Assembly (NCBI GenBank): GCA_037917685.1
Contig: JAVCBU010000012.1
Span: 224,001 to 288,000, forward strand
DNA: 64,000 nucleotides
Direction of reading: 5' to 3'
Source of the DNA: Thermoproteota archaeon
Lineage (GTDB): Archaea > Korarchaeota > Korarchaeia > Korarchaeales > JAOZGB01
In this document: one piece after another, positions 54,757 through 64,000 of the stretch
Layout: each line of letters begins with the position of its first letter
Position numbering within the stretch: position 1 is the first letter of the stretch
Position numbers and translations under genes: made by a program
The notes under the pieces: model-generated
Databases searched by the model: none
What the model was told of the DNA's origin: nothing
Seen by the model: the letters and a program-made list of their open reading frames with translations, nothing else

Positions 54757-55247
54757 ATCTGTTGCTAATTTTAGCGTTAGTCTCATCAATAGTAGGGTTA
54801 AGTCTTGACTACATTATGCTCTATAACCGTCTCACGTTCCTTGAGGACAGGCTTAACCAGATAAAGTCGAATGCTGAAGCTCAAAACGTTATTGAATTTT
54901 TTAAGCTCCCGAAGGAGCCTATTAACCTGTCCATGGATGATGTAGTTGGAGGTAATTATACAGGGATCAGAGCATTGATAATATACGACTGCTATGACTG
55001 TGCATACCATAATAGGATAAACACTTTAAAACAGTATTTTGAGGAATACAATGTAGAAGTATTAAACATTGAATATAGCGAGTCTCACGATATATTAAAC
55101 GCTATTTCTGAAAAAATGGGATGCGCCGTCAGATTTCAGAACCCTATAGTAATAATATGGAAGGGAAATGTTACATTTTTCTTCGAAAGGTGGGAACCGA
55201 ATTCTTGGATTATAACATGTCTCCAATACTTATCATCTAGTCCCTAA
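54732..55247 (+). CDS. Membrane-anchored hypothetical protein with CxxC (thioredoxin-like?)
   Basis: N-terminal TM, coiled coil, IIYDCYDC, QNPIVII. Confidence 0.6.
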   Translation: MFKNLQAIDLLLILALVSSIVGLSLDYIMLYNRLTFLEDRLNQIKSNAEAQNVIEFFKLPKEPINLSMDDVVGGNYTGIRALIIYDCYDCAYHNRINTLKQYFEEYNVEVLNIEYSESHDILNAISEKMGCAVRFQNPIVIIWKGNVTFFFERWEPNSWIITCLQYLSSSP

Positions 55248-56352
55248 TTATGAAGTCGTCTAACATGTCTTTAGCCTTCTCTCTACGCCTCTGATGCTCT
55301 CTCAAAAATTTAATGACTTTCCCAGCTAGGATTCTTTTATGTTCCCCACACAGCAAATTACCACTTTTACATGCATGATAGACCTCCTTAAGTTTACGAT
55401 CGTCAGGCTCGAAAAGATACATACAGTACTGGTATATTGGACAAATCTCCGGGTTACCACCTTTTTCCCTTTGCTCTTTAACTGTTGGCTGGCCTCCCGT
55501 GAATGCGTTCATTATCTTCTGTCTAACCTCGTCTTCGCCGTCGACAGTATAGATAGCCGACTGGGGATCGCTTGAACTCATCTTATCCGCCCCAAGAAGG
55601 CTGGGGAAGAACTTAGCATGTAATATTGACGGTTTAGGGAATCCAAGTTTAGGGGCAACGTCTCTAGCCACTCTAAAGTGTGGATCCTGATCGACGGCTA
55701 AAGGGATCAAGCACCTAGTCGGCTTTCCCTTGATAACAGAGCCTAGAAAGGCCGGTGCCGCTTGAATGGACGTAAAGAATATCATTCCAATATTTGAACT
55801 GTCGGTGAAGCCGAAAATAGCTTTAGCTGTGGAAAATGTTATCCTTTTAGCTGCTCGTATGGCAAGCGGATATAGCTTACCTATGTACTCCGTATCAAGG
55901 AATATCTTAGTTTTTCCTGGTTCAAAGCCAACAGCGATTACATCCAGTATATTTTCATATGCGTATTTTCTAACCTTTTCCATTGTTAGGGGCTGGTTAA
56001 ATAGGAATTTTTCGTCATCCGTAACTTGAAATAATAATTCCACGTTGAACTTTTCCTGAAGCCATTTAGTAAGTATCCATGGGATTAGATGGCCAATATG
56101 TGTATGCCCAGATGGTCCTCTTCCGGTGTACAGGTAGAATTCTTCTCCCCTCTCGTAGGAGTCGAGCAAAAGGTCTAGGTCCCTGTGGGCAAAGAAAACA
56201 CCCCTTCTTAGTAAAAGGTGGAGTTCGCCCGTATGCCTTTCCAGTCTTTCAAGTAATTCTTTCGTTAGAGGCTGAATTCCAAACTTTTCTATCAGCTTAT
56301 CGTAGTCTATTCTACCTTTAACTTCCCATGGTGTGACCGTAAAGCTCTCCAT
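55237..56352 (-). CDS. trpS: Tryptophanyl-tRNA synthetase (archaeal type)
   Basis: VTPWEV, YTGRGPS, HIGH, DQDPHFR, KMSSS, AFTGG. Confidence 0.95.
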   Translation of the reverse strand: MESFTVTPWEVKGRIDYDKLIEKFGIQPLTKELLERLERHTGELHLLLRRGVFFAHRDLDLLLDSYERGEEFYLYTGRGPSGHTHIGHLIPWILTKWLQEKFNVELLFQVTDDEKFLFNQPLTMEKVRKYAYENILDVIAVGFEPGKTKIFLDTEYIGKLYPLAIRAAKRITFSTAKAIFGFTDSSNIGMIFFTSIQAAPAFLGSVIKGKPTRCLIPLAVDQDPHFRVARDVAPKLGFPKPSILHAKFFPSLLGADKMSSSDPQSAIYTVDGEDEVRQKIMNAFTGGQPTVKEQREKGGNPEICPIYQYCMYLFEPDDRKLKEVYHACKSGNLLCGEHKRILAGKVIKFLREHQRRREKAKDMLDDFIIRD

Positions 56353-56391
56353 GTTTGTCAGCCTTAAGGTCTTTGAGATCTATAAAATATT

Positions 56392-56592
56392 TTAAACTTC
56401 CAGTAAACGAGCAACCTCACTCACAGGCGCTATAAAATATGGAACTAAAAGCTCTTCACGGGTTAAACCACCATGACCACCCATCTCAGGCCTCAACATC
56501 TCGTGTTTACCTCCAGATTCGAACTTAATGGACACGTTCCCAGAGGGAATTAGAACATAATCGCCTACTCTATTCCTTACTCTATTCCTCAA
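56392..56592 (-). pseudogene. C-terminal remnant of an alkaline phosphatase-superfamily (nucleotide pyrophosphatase-like) gene
   Basis: RVGDYVLI...GGHGGLTREELLVP is the family's C-terminal motif; no upstream catalytic domain. Confidence 0.6.
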
Positions 56593-56687
56593 TCACCAGT
56601 GCACCTCTATTATATGCATGCTTGTCTTAGTAAGAGTTTATGAAACTGTAAAAAATATTAATAAAAAGGTTCTCTTAACCTGGTAGA

Positions 56688-57008
56688 ATGAGCGTAGCTG
56701 TTATTGCCGACAGGTACTCATCTTTGGCGTTTAGGCTTGCAGGTGTAGACGAGTATCCCGCTAGCTCTTCTGAGGAGGCTGTTCAAAGATTTCATGAAAT
56801 AATAGATAAGGGGAACTATAGGGTTGTAATTGTATCAGAGAGATATTTTAAGGCTGTTAGCACAGCCAAAGCGAAAAGATTGGGGGCCGAGGTTTACCCT
56901 ATAATAGCCGCCCTTCCAGACTTTGCCGGGTCTACCGGTGAGAGGCTTCAAGAGTTATATGATAGTATATCCCGCGCAGTTGGCGCAAAGCTGAAATTAG
57001 GTGAGTAA
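56688..57008 (+). CDS. atpF: A/V-type ATP synthase subunit F
   Basis: VAVIAD....AFRLAGV, P.I..LP, ISRAVG. Confidence 0.85.
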   Translation: MSVAVIADRYSSLAFRLAGVDEYPASSSEEAVQRFHEIIDKGNYRVVIVSERYFKAVSTAKAKRLGAEVYPIIAALPDFAGSTGERLQELYDSISRAVGAKLKLGE

Positions 57009-57009
57009 A

Positions 57010-57324
57010 ATGCCTATAAGTATTAGCCAGCTTAAAGAAATAATCGAGGAGGAAAGAAAAGTCGAGGAAATTGTTCTAAACGCTGAAAGGGAGGCTGAAA
57101 AAATGCTGGAGGAAGCGAAACGTAAAGCAGAGGAGATAATGAGAAAAGCAGGATCTGAAGAGGATCTTACAATGGCTGAGGAAGCTGAGAAGATAGAAAA
57201 AGAAAAACAGAAACTAAGAGAGGATTTCGAACTCAAAATAGCAGAGATCAGGAATATGGCCATGAAAAGGATTGATGAAGCTATAAATTGTATTGTATCA
57301 AGTGTCCTTGGTGAGCAGATATGA
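57010..57324 (+). CDS. atpH: A/V-type ATP synthase subunit H (peripheral stalk)
   Basis: Charged coiled coil (AEREAEKMLEEAKRKAEEI); operon context. Confidence 0.65.
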   Translation: MPISISQLKEIIEEERKVEEIVLNAEREAEKMLEEAKRKAEEIMRKAGSEEDLTMAEEAEKIEKEKQKLREDFELKIAEIRNMAMKRIDEAINCIVSSVLGEQI

Positions 57325-57929
57325 TAAGCGATCTGAAATCTGTAATCAGAATTAGAGCAGAAGAGGAAGCTAGAAAGATAATAGAAGAAGCAAAGAGAGA
57401 AGTTGAAAAAATAATTCGAAACGCCGAAGCCGAAGCGAAGAGGAGATACGAAAAACTACTTGAGGAGAGACGTATGAAGTTCAAGATAAAGGCTGAACAG
57501 GTGCTGGCTTCCGAAAAAGCGAAGCTTAGAATAATGTATTCTCAGGAAAAGGCTAAGATTGTAGATGATGTTTTCAAGAAGGCTGAAGAAACGATATACA
57601 GGAAATTGAACGAAATGACAAGGAATGAGAAAGTTAAGCTGCTCTCAAGACTTATAAAAGAGGCTGTAAAAACAATGGGGCCTGGCCACTATAAAGTATC
57701 GGTGAGTAAAAATGACATGGAGGTCTTAGATGACGCTTTAAAACAGGTGTTAGGAGAAATAGGAGAGGAGGTTGTACTTGACAAGGGAGAAGCCTTAGAT
57801 ATCAAGGGTGGAGTCATGGTTAAATCTGCTGACGGAAAAAGATTTTATGACAATACCATCGAAGCTAGGATTGAAAACTCACGTACCGAATTGGTAGGTA
57901 AAATATATCAGATACTGTATGGTGATTAA
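57321..57929 (+). CDS. atpE: A/V-type ATP synthase subunit E
   Basis: N-terminal coiled coil; GGVMV...DG...DNTIEAR. Confidence 0.88.
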   Translation: MISDLKSVIRIRAEEEARKIIEEAKREVEKIIRNAEAEAKRRYEKLLEERRMKFKIKAEQVLASEKAKLRIMYSQEKAKIVDDVFKKAEETIYRKLNEMTRNEKVKLLSRLIKEAVKTMGPGHYKVSVSKNDMEVLDDALKQVLGEIGEEVVLDKGEALDIKGGVMVKSADGKRFYDNTIEARIENSRTELVGKIYQILYGD

Positions 57930-59763
57930 ACTGGCCAGAATAGGGAAACTCATAAGGATAGGTGGCTCTGTTGTAGAGGCTTCAGGGATTAAAGATATAA
58001 CGATTGGAGAGATTGTAGAAGTAGGAGAGGAGGGGCTTATCGGAGAGGTTATCAGAATATTTGAGGACAGATTTACTGCTCAAGTCTACGAAGACACCAC
58101 AGGCCTAAAGCCTGGTGAAATAGTTAAAGGCACAGGAAGAAGACTTGAAGCAGAATTAGGGCCAGGGCTTCTAAACAATATACTAGATGGCATAGGGAGA
58201 CCTCTAGAGCTTATTAAAAGCCTAAGAGGCCCCTACATCACCAGAGGAGTAAGAATGAATACTTTACCAAGAGACGTTAAATGGTATTTCACCCCAACAG
58301 TGAAGGAAGGCGACGATGTAACACCCGGAGATGTGATAGGAACAGTTGAAGAAACCCAATCGGTTACCCATAGGATAATCATACCTCATGGAATAAGAGG
58401 AAAAGTAACATGGATTAAAGAAGGAAAATACACCGTAGACCAACCAATTCTCCTAGTTAAAAACGATGGAAACGAATATGAAGTAACTATGAAGCAATAC
58501 TGGCCTATAAGGGTTCCAAGACCATTCGAAACTGATGGAAGGCTTCCCCTCGAAAAACCATTGATAACAGGGCAGAGAGTTATAGATACATTCTTCCCAA
58601 TCCCCAAGGGTGGAACGGCAGCTATACCAGGAGGATTCGGCACAGGAAAAACAGTAATGCTCCATCAGCTTGCAAAATGGAGCGATGCTAGAGTGGTAGT
58701 ATACATAGGATGCGGTGAAAGAGGAAACGAAATGTGTGAGGTAGTTACAGAGTTCCCAAAACTAAAAGATCCATACACCGGAAGGCCGCTCATGGAAAGA
58801 ACCGTCCTTATAGCTAATACCAGCAACATGCCCGTAGCAGCCAGGGAGTCCAGCATATATTTTGGGGTCACGATAGGCGAGTACTTCAGAGATCAAGGCT
58901 ACGATGTAGCGCTCATGGCAGATTCAACCTCAAGATGGGCTGAGGCGATGAGAGAAGTTTCAGGAAGATTAGAAGAAATGCCTGCAGAAATGGGATATCC
59001 AGCATACCTACCAGATAGAATTGCAGAGTTCTACGAACGCGCAGGAAGAGTCAAGGTTCCAGGAAGACCAAGTAGAGAAGGAAGTTTAACAATAATTGGA
59101 GCTGTCTCCCCTCCAGGCGGAGACTTCAACGAGCCCGTGACAATACACACCCTAAGGTTTACCGGGGTTTTCTGGGCTCTAGATGCAGACCTAGCCTATA
59201 GTAGACACTTCCCGGCAATAAACTGGCTGAAAAGCTACAGCATACACGCGGGAACCGTGGCAGAACCATGGGCTAAAAGCTTTAGCCAATATTCCAGAAA
59301 AATAGCTGGATGGTGGGAGAAAAAGCACATGGGCTTCCTTGAATATAGGAAAACAGCTCTAGATCTCCTAGGTGAAGCGGCTGAAGTGGAGTCAATAGCG
59401 AGAGTCATAGGAGAGGCAAGTCTACCTGACGAACAAAGAATAATCCTCCTTGCCTCAGAGATCCTGAAGGAAGGATTCTTGAGGCAAAGCGCATTCGATG
59501 AAGTAGACAGCTACTGCGAAATAGGAAAGCAATTCTGCCTCCTTAAGCTTATGATAGATTTCTACTTAACAGCTTCAGAACTAATAGATAAGGGAGTACC
59601 CTTCGAAAGGATAAGGTCAATGCCACAGATCTTCAAAATGATGCGAGTAAAAGAGGATCCAAGAGGTATAGAAGCGATAAGCGAGTTATCCTTGGAAATT
59701 AAAGGTGAGTTTCAGAAAATAGCGGAAGAATATGAAATAGAGGGTGTCTTAGTTGGGAGTTAA
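57919..59763 (+). CDS. atpA: A/V-type ATP synthase subunit A
   Basis: [51 protein letters not shown]; no intein. Confidence 0.96.
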   Translation: MVIKLARIGKLIRIGGSVVEASGIKDITIGEIVEVGEEGLIGEVIRIFEDRFTAQVYEDTTGLKPGEIVKGTGRRLEAELGPGLLNNILDGIGRPLELIKSLRGPYITRGVRMNTLPRDVKWYFTPTVKEGDDVTPGDVIGTVEETQSVTHRIIIPHGIRGKVTWIKEGKYTVDQPILLVKNDGNEYEVTMKQYWPIRVPRPFETDGRLPLEKPLITGQRVIDTFFPIPKGGTAAIPGGFGTGKTVMLHQLAKWSDARVVVYIGCGERGNEMCEVVTEFPKLKDPYTGRPLMERTVLIANTSNMPVAARESSIYFGVTIGEYFRDQGYDVALMADSTSRWAEAMREVSGRLEEMPAEMGYPAYLPDRIAEFYERAGRVKVPGRPSREGSLTIIGAVSPPGGDFNEPVTIHTLRFTGVFWALDADLAYSRHFPAINWLKSYSIHAGTVAEPWAKSFSQYSRKIAGWWEKKHMGFLEYRKTALDLLGEAAEVESIARVIGEASLPDEQRIILLASEILKEGFLRQSAFDEVDSYCEIGKQFCLLKLMIDFYLTASELIDKGVPFERIRSMPQIFKMMRVKEDPRGIEAISELSLEIKGEFQKIAEEYEIEGVLVGS

Positions 59764-61150
59764 GGGGTTAGCATACCGGGGGGTTAAAGAGATTAAGGGA
59801 TCCCTACTAATAGTTGAGGACGTAAAAGGGGTAGGGTATAATGAGGTAGCGAGAATAATAGGACAAGACGGAGTTGAAAGGCTTGCAAGAGTTTTAGAGG
59901 TTGGTAAGGGTTATGCCATCCTGCAGGTATTCGGGGGAGAAATAGGGCTTCAAACGGATGTAGTTGTAAGGTTTGAAGGCTCAGCATTCACTATACCAGT
60001 CTCTGATGAAGTTCTCGGTAGAATGTTTAATGGTAGATTCGAACCCATTGATCACGGACCCCCCATAATCTCAACTGACAGGCGAGATATAAACGGTGCT
60101 CCTATAAATCCAAAAGCAAGAATATACCCAAACGACTTTATTCAGACAGGAATTTCAGCAATAGATGGCATGCTCTCCCTAGTTAGAGGGCAAAAACTGC
60201 CAATATTCTCTGAAAGCGGCCTACCCCACAATAGGGTTATCGCCCAGATAGCAAGACAGGCAACAGTTAGGGGAGAAGAAGAGGAGTTCGCTCTTGTCTT
60301 CGCGGCCATGGGTCTCAAAAAGGATGAAGCACTATACTTCATCAGCGAATTTGAACATTCCGGCGCGCTAGAGAGATCCGTAGTCATACTCAACCTGGCT
60401 GACGACCCAGCTGTAGAAAGGCTTTTCACACCTAGAATAGCCTTAACTGTAGCGGAATACCTAGCTTTCGGACTTGAAATGCATGTCCTAGCAATCCTGA
60501 GTGACATGACAAACTATGCCGAAGCACTAAGAGAAATGAGCGCCGCAAGAGAGGAGGTTCCAAGCAGAAAGGGGTACCCAGGATATCTTTACAGTGACCT
60601 AGCAACGATATATGAAAGGGCAGGTATAATAGAGGGAAAAAGAGGCTCCCTAACCCAAATGCCTATCCTGACAATGCCCGGGGGAGACCTACACCATCCA
60701 ATTCCAGACCTAACAGGATACATAACAGAGGGGCAGATCATCTTGGATAGAGAACTTGACATAAAGGGTATATATCCGCCTATCAATGTCCTACCTAGCC
60801 TAAGCAGACTCATGCGAAGCGGAATAGGCAAGGGTAAGACAAGGGATGACCATAAAGACGTTTCAGACCAACTATACTACTCATATAAGAGAGGTGTTAG
60901 AGCAAGAGAACTAGCGAGAATAGTGGGTGAAATGGGTCTAAGCCCGGAGGAGAGAAAATACCTAGAGTTTGCTGAGGCTTTTGAAAGGAAATTCGTAAAC
61001 CAAGGAGAGTACGAAAATAGAACAATAGAAAAAACATTAGACATAGCATGGGATATCCTGTCCATCCTGCCAGAATCAGAACTAGTAAGGATACACGAAG
61101 AATATGTAAAGAAGTACCATCCAAAATACCGTGGGGGAACACAGGCATAA
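59753..61150 (+). CDS. atpB: A/V-type ATP synthase subunit B
   Basis: [50 protein letters not shown]. Confidence 0.96.
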   Translation: MGVKGLAYRGVKEIKGSLLIVEDVKGVGYNEVARIIGQDGVERLARVLEVGKGYAILQVFGGEIGLQTDVVVRFEGSAFTIPVSDEVLGRMFNGRFEPIDHGPPIISTDRRDINGAPINPKARIYPNDFIQTGISAIDGMLSLVRGQKLPIFSESGLPHNRVIAQIARQATVRGEEEEFALVFAAMGLKKDEALYFISEFEHSGALERSVVILNLADDPAVERLFTPRIALTVAEYLAFGLEMHVLAILSDMTNYAEALREMSAAREEVPSRKGYPGYLYSDLATIYERAGIIEGKRGSLTQMPILTMPGGDLHHPIPDLTGYITEGQIILDRELDIKGIYPPINVLPSLSRLMRSGIGKGKTRDDHKDVSDQLYYSYKRGVRARELARIVGEMGLSPEERKYLEFAEAFERKFVNQGEYENRTIEKTLDIAWDILSILPESELVRIHEEYVKKYHPKYRGGTQA

Positions 61151-61160
61151 GTGATATCCA

Positions 61161-61769
61161 ATGTCCAGCAGGATAACAGCAACCCGTGGAGTGCTACTGA
61201 GACTTAAAGAGGAACTCTCATTCGTTGAGAGAAGCAAGGAACTTCTAGAGCTAAAGAGAGATAACCTGGCCAGGGAGATAAACAAGCTCCTAGGGAAGGT
61301 AACCATCAGAAAAGAGATAGAAAAGAAAATAATGGACGGATATGAACAATTGAAAAGGGCATATACATCAATGGGGTACTGGGAAGTAAAAACCAAAGCC
61401 ATGTCGGTGAAACCATTGAAGGTTAAAGCCCTAACTAAAAGTATTATGGGAATAAGCATCCCCACTCTAAAAATAGAAGAGCAAGCTGACATATCGCCGC
61501 TGACAGACCCAAGGATAAGAATGGTAGCAAAAAAGTTCAGCGACATGATGTCTGAAATATTAAGTCTCGCAGTGACTGAGGCTCAGATAGAGAAAATAGC
61601 ACACGAATTAATGATGACAAATAGGAAGGTTAACATCCTAGAGAAGGCAGTCATCCCAAACTATAAGAAGACAATAAAGTACATAGAGGACAAGCTTGAG
61701 GAAGAATCTCTAGAGGAGTTTGTAAGAGCCAAAAAGATAAAACAAGTGATAACGAGGGAGATGAGATGA
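61161..61769 (+). CDS. atpD: A/V-type ATP synthase subunit D
   Basis: TRG.L, LLELKRD.L, IMG..IP, TNRKVNILE...IP. Confidence 0.92.
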   Translation: MSSRITATRGVLLRLKEELSFVERSKELLELKRDNLAREINKLLGKVTIRKEIEKKIMDGYEQLKRAYTSMGYWEVKTKAMSVKPLKVKALTKSIMGISIPTLKIEEQADISPLTDPRIRMVAKKFSDMMSEILSLAVTEAQIEKIAHELMMTNRKVNILEKAVIPNYKKTIKYIEDKLEEESLEEFVRAKKIKQVITREMR

Positions 61770-62803
61770 AAGGCCCAGGAAGGGTATACCTAGAAGTCAG
61801 AACTAAAACCCTATTATCCCACTTACTAAAGACAGAAACTATTAGAAATCTAATAGGAGCCGAAGACCTTGAAAGCTTACTTGCATACCTGTTAAAGACA
61901 GGTTACGCGGATGAAATAAGTAAAATAATCCATAATCCCGAACCCGCAACCTTAGAAAGAACTTTTTACAGAAAGGTCGTTGAAAGGTATGAGAAATATG
62001 GAATGATAGTTGACACAACAGCAATCAGAGATTCACTGAGAAATATGATAAAAAATTACATGGCGAGACTTGAGGTTGAAAATCTTAAAAGAATAGTTAG
62101 GGCAGTACACAGTAACAGAACCATAACAGAAGAAGATTTAATACCTGTAACCCGGAGAATTTCACATATAAACTTTAAGGTGATGGTAGGCGCCAAAACA
62201 GTCGATGAGTTCGTTAGTCTCCTAAAAGAAACGGCTTACTCGAGGATAAATAATTATTTAAGTGTATATTTCAAGTATAAAACTCCTATTATTTTCGAGT
62301 CAAAACTTGATGAATTTTACTATGTTAGAGTTTGGAATGAAGCATTAAGGGTAAGAGACTCGAAACATGTAAAAGAGATTCTGGGAACTGAGATTGACCT
62401 TAGAAATATATGGTATATACTCCAGTTGGCATATCAAGGGGCTAGTAAAGAATTAGGATACGAAGCTCTAATGCGATGCTCATATGAAATAGATATTAAG
62501 AGATTGGGTAAAACTTTAAAAGAGAATAGTTATGACGCAGCTGTTTCAGAATTAAAACGCTCCAAATATTCAAGAATCGTTAACGAAATGTACGAGTTGA
62601 TTAAAAAGGGAAAACCAGATCACAGTTATGGGATATTGTTAAAAGAACTTAGGAGAGTGTGTTTAGAGAACTTAAGGGGAGTTGGGATTCCAATCGCATA
62701 TCTACTCTTGGCCTACTTAGAATCTGTGGATTTGACTACAATAGGTATAGGTAAATATTTAAAAGTGGGAAAGAAAGACGTCTCATCCTATGTTTCTATT
62801 TAA
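61766..62803 (+). CDS. atpC: A/V-type ATP synthase subunit C (d-like)
   Basis: L.KTGY, EVENLK.I.R, L.ETAY, E..LD..YY, EIDLRNI; operon context. Confidence 0.8.
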   Translation: MKGPGRVYLEVRTKTLLSHLLKTETIRNLIGAEDLESLLAYLLKTGYADEISKIIHNPEPATLERTFYRKVVERYEKYGMIVDTTAIRDSLRNMIKNYMARLEVENLKRIVRAVHSNRTITEEDLIPVTRRISHINFKVMVGAKTVDEFVSLLKETAYSRINNYLSVYFKYKTPIIFESKLDEFYYVRVWNEALRVRDSKHVKEILGTEIDLRNIWYILQLAYQGASKELGYEALMRCSYEIDIKRLGKTLKENSYDAAVSELKRSKYSRIVNEMYELIKKGKPDHSYGILLKELRRVCLENLRGVGIPIAYLLLAYLESVDLTTIGIGKYLKVGKKDVSSYVSI

Positions 62804-62812
62804 GAAGGGAAG

Positions 62813-63166
62813 TTATATTTTCCCAAGTATCATCACGGCCACTACAAGTCCGTAGATTGCCAATCCTTCCCCAAGGCCTGATACTATTAGAATCCATATC
62901 CTCAGTTCGGGTCTTTCTGCAGCAGCAGCGAAGCCGGCTGTGGCAGCACCATATATTGCTATACCTGCACCTATTGCGGAGCCTACCATGCTGATAGCAG
63001 CTGCAAAGAAGACTTCAGATCCAGCGGAGGGTGTAGATTCAGTCTCTTGATTTTGTAATGGTTTCGCGTAGAGTGTTGCCCCTGTAGCAGCAGTAATCGC
63101 TACTATAGACAGAATTAGGAGCGCCCACCTAAGGTGAATCCTTCTCTTCATAACGCGTGTGAACAT
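62813..63166 (-). CDS. atpK: A/V-type ATP synthase proteolipid subunit K (c)
   Basis: SAIGAGIA, AERPE, GLGEGLAIYGL; start placed after GGAGGT. Confidence 0.88.
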   Translation of the reverse strand: MFTRVMKRRIHLRWALLILSIVAITAATGATLYAKPLQNQETESTPSAGSEVFFAAAISMVGSAIGAGIAIYGAATAGFAAAAERPELRIWILIVSGLGEGLAIYGLVVAVMILGKI

Positions 63167-63292
63167 CTTTACTATACCTCCCATAAGCTCCCACCAAGCA
63201 TCATTGTTTCTAAGGTTGCCCACTTCTGCTTTATTAAAAATTTTTCCAAATAGAACCTCTTGTAACACTCCGGAAGCCAATAGAAAATAATT

Positions 63293-64000
63293 TCAGAGCT
63301 TGAAAGGTCTGAACGGCCTTCCATCACCAGAGTAAAACTTTGTAAAGAACTCATAGTACATTAACCTCATTGATTGGATCAAAGATGCTAAACCCTCGAA
63401 TACTATTACCAGAATGTTAACAAAGATGTAACCGAAGGCACCCGTTAGTTCTGCAAGGCCTGAAGCAGCTACCGCTAAAGCTCCATGGGCCATTGCGAAG
63501 GCTGCAAGCCTTATATAGGACACTGAATTTGCAAGGTAACTCATGAAGGTTTCTAGCGCATGGGAGAATCCTGTCATGAGCCTGTCTTCGATTTCGCCGT
63601 GCCCTTCAACTAGCGCCTCTACTACAGGATGAACGAATATTATCATAAGGCATGTTAGTGCGGTTCCTGTTAGGAATGGGTTTCTCATGAATACTCCTAT
63701 GTCCATCCCTTCTTTTAGGAACTTTACTCCAAGCATTACCCCAGCGGAGTAGTACACTAACCCGGCTATACCTTGTGCTCCGAAAACGGCTTCCCACTTA
63801 TGCTCTTGTTTAAGCTGGTTTATGAAACCTAGTATTATTCCAATAAATATTTCTATAACTCCAAAAGCTAACGCTATAGCCATTATCTTGTTTAGCTCGT
63901 GTAGAGGCGAGAGAAGTAGTGGGTGGAATGCTTCCATTAGGAAGAATTCCCCATATAGCAAGCCGAAGAACATCGAGGAGGCTCCGCACATAGCTAGTAC
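63293..64000 (-). CDS. atpI: A/V-type ATP synthase subunit I (a), 5'-partial
   Basis: FGLLYGEFF, NSVSYIRLAAFAMAH, EGL...IQSMRLMYYEFFTKFY.G.G..F.PF. Confidence 0.93.
   Translation of the reverse strand, partial: VLAMCGASSMFFGLLYGEFFLMEAFHPLLLSPLHELNKIMAIALAFGVIEIFIGIILGFINQLKQEHKWEAVFGAQGIAGLVYYSAGVMLGVKFLKEGMDIGVFMRNPFLTGTALTCLMIIFVHPVVEALVEGHGEIEDRLMTGFSHALETFMSYLANSVSYIRLAAFAMAHGALAVAASGLAELTGAFGYIFVNILVIVFEGLASLIQSMRLMYYEFFTKFYSGDGRPFRPFKL

Noticed and set aside
57919-59763. Intein in AtpA (a common host), or in the ligase or helicase
   Set aside because: The GTGKT and GCGERGNE motifs are uninterrupted and the protein lengths are normal

Overview
Gene-dense archaeal chromosome segment. 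It appears to come from a thermophile, possibly of the TACK/Asgard group; this is inferred from the PDO, PAC2, DUF1512, archaeal-type aaRSs, ATP-dependent ligase and A/V-type ATPase. Most of it is housekeeping: tyrS, ileS, aspS, trpS, tRNA-Cys, nadE, prs, adk, lig, an XPD helicase, the thioredoxin system, malic enzyme, and a rearranged A/V-ATP synthase cluster (F-H-E-A-B-D-C converging on I-K). Stand-out items are: (1) a MinD/ParA-like gene whose P-loop carries a 156-aa mini-intein and lacks both Walker A lysines, in a small module with a coiled-coil partner; (2) a ~9.6-kb, mostly GC-rich type IV pilus-like operon (ATPase, TadC/FlaJ-like platform, several pilin-like proteins with atypical class III signal peptides, a putative sugar-binding adhesin and an S-layer-like protein); (3) a membrane-anchored surface protein with a tandemly expanded Cys/Pro/Trp repeat; (4) an unannotated 41-aa 4-Cys protein, two pseudogene remnants and a tandem duplication inside AtpA. 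All calls come from motif recognition by eye; no database searches were run.
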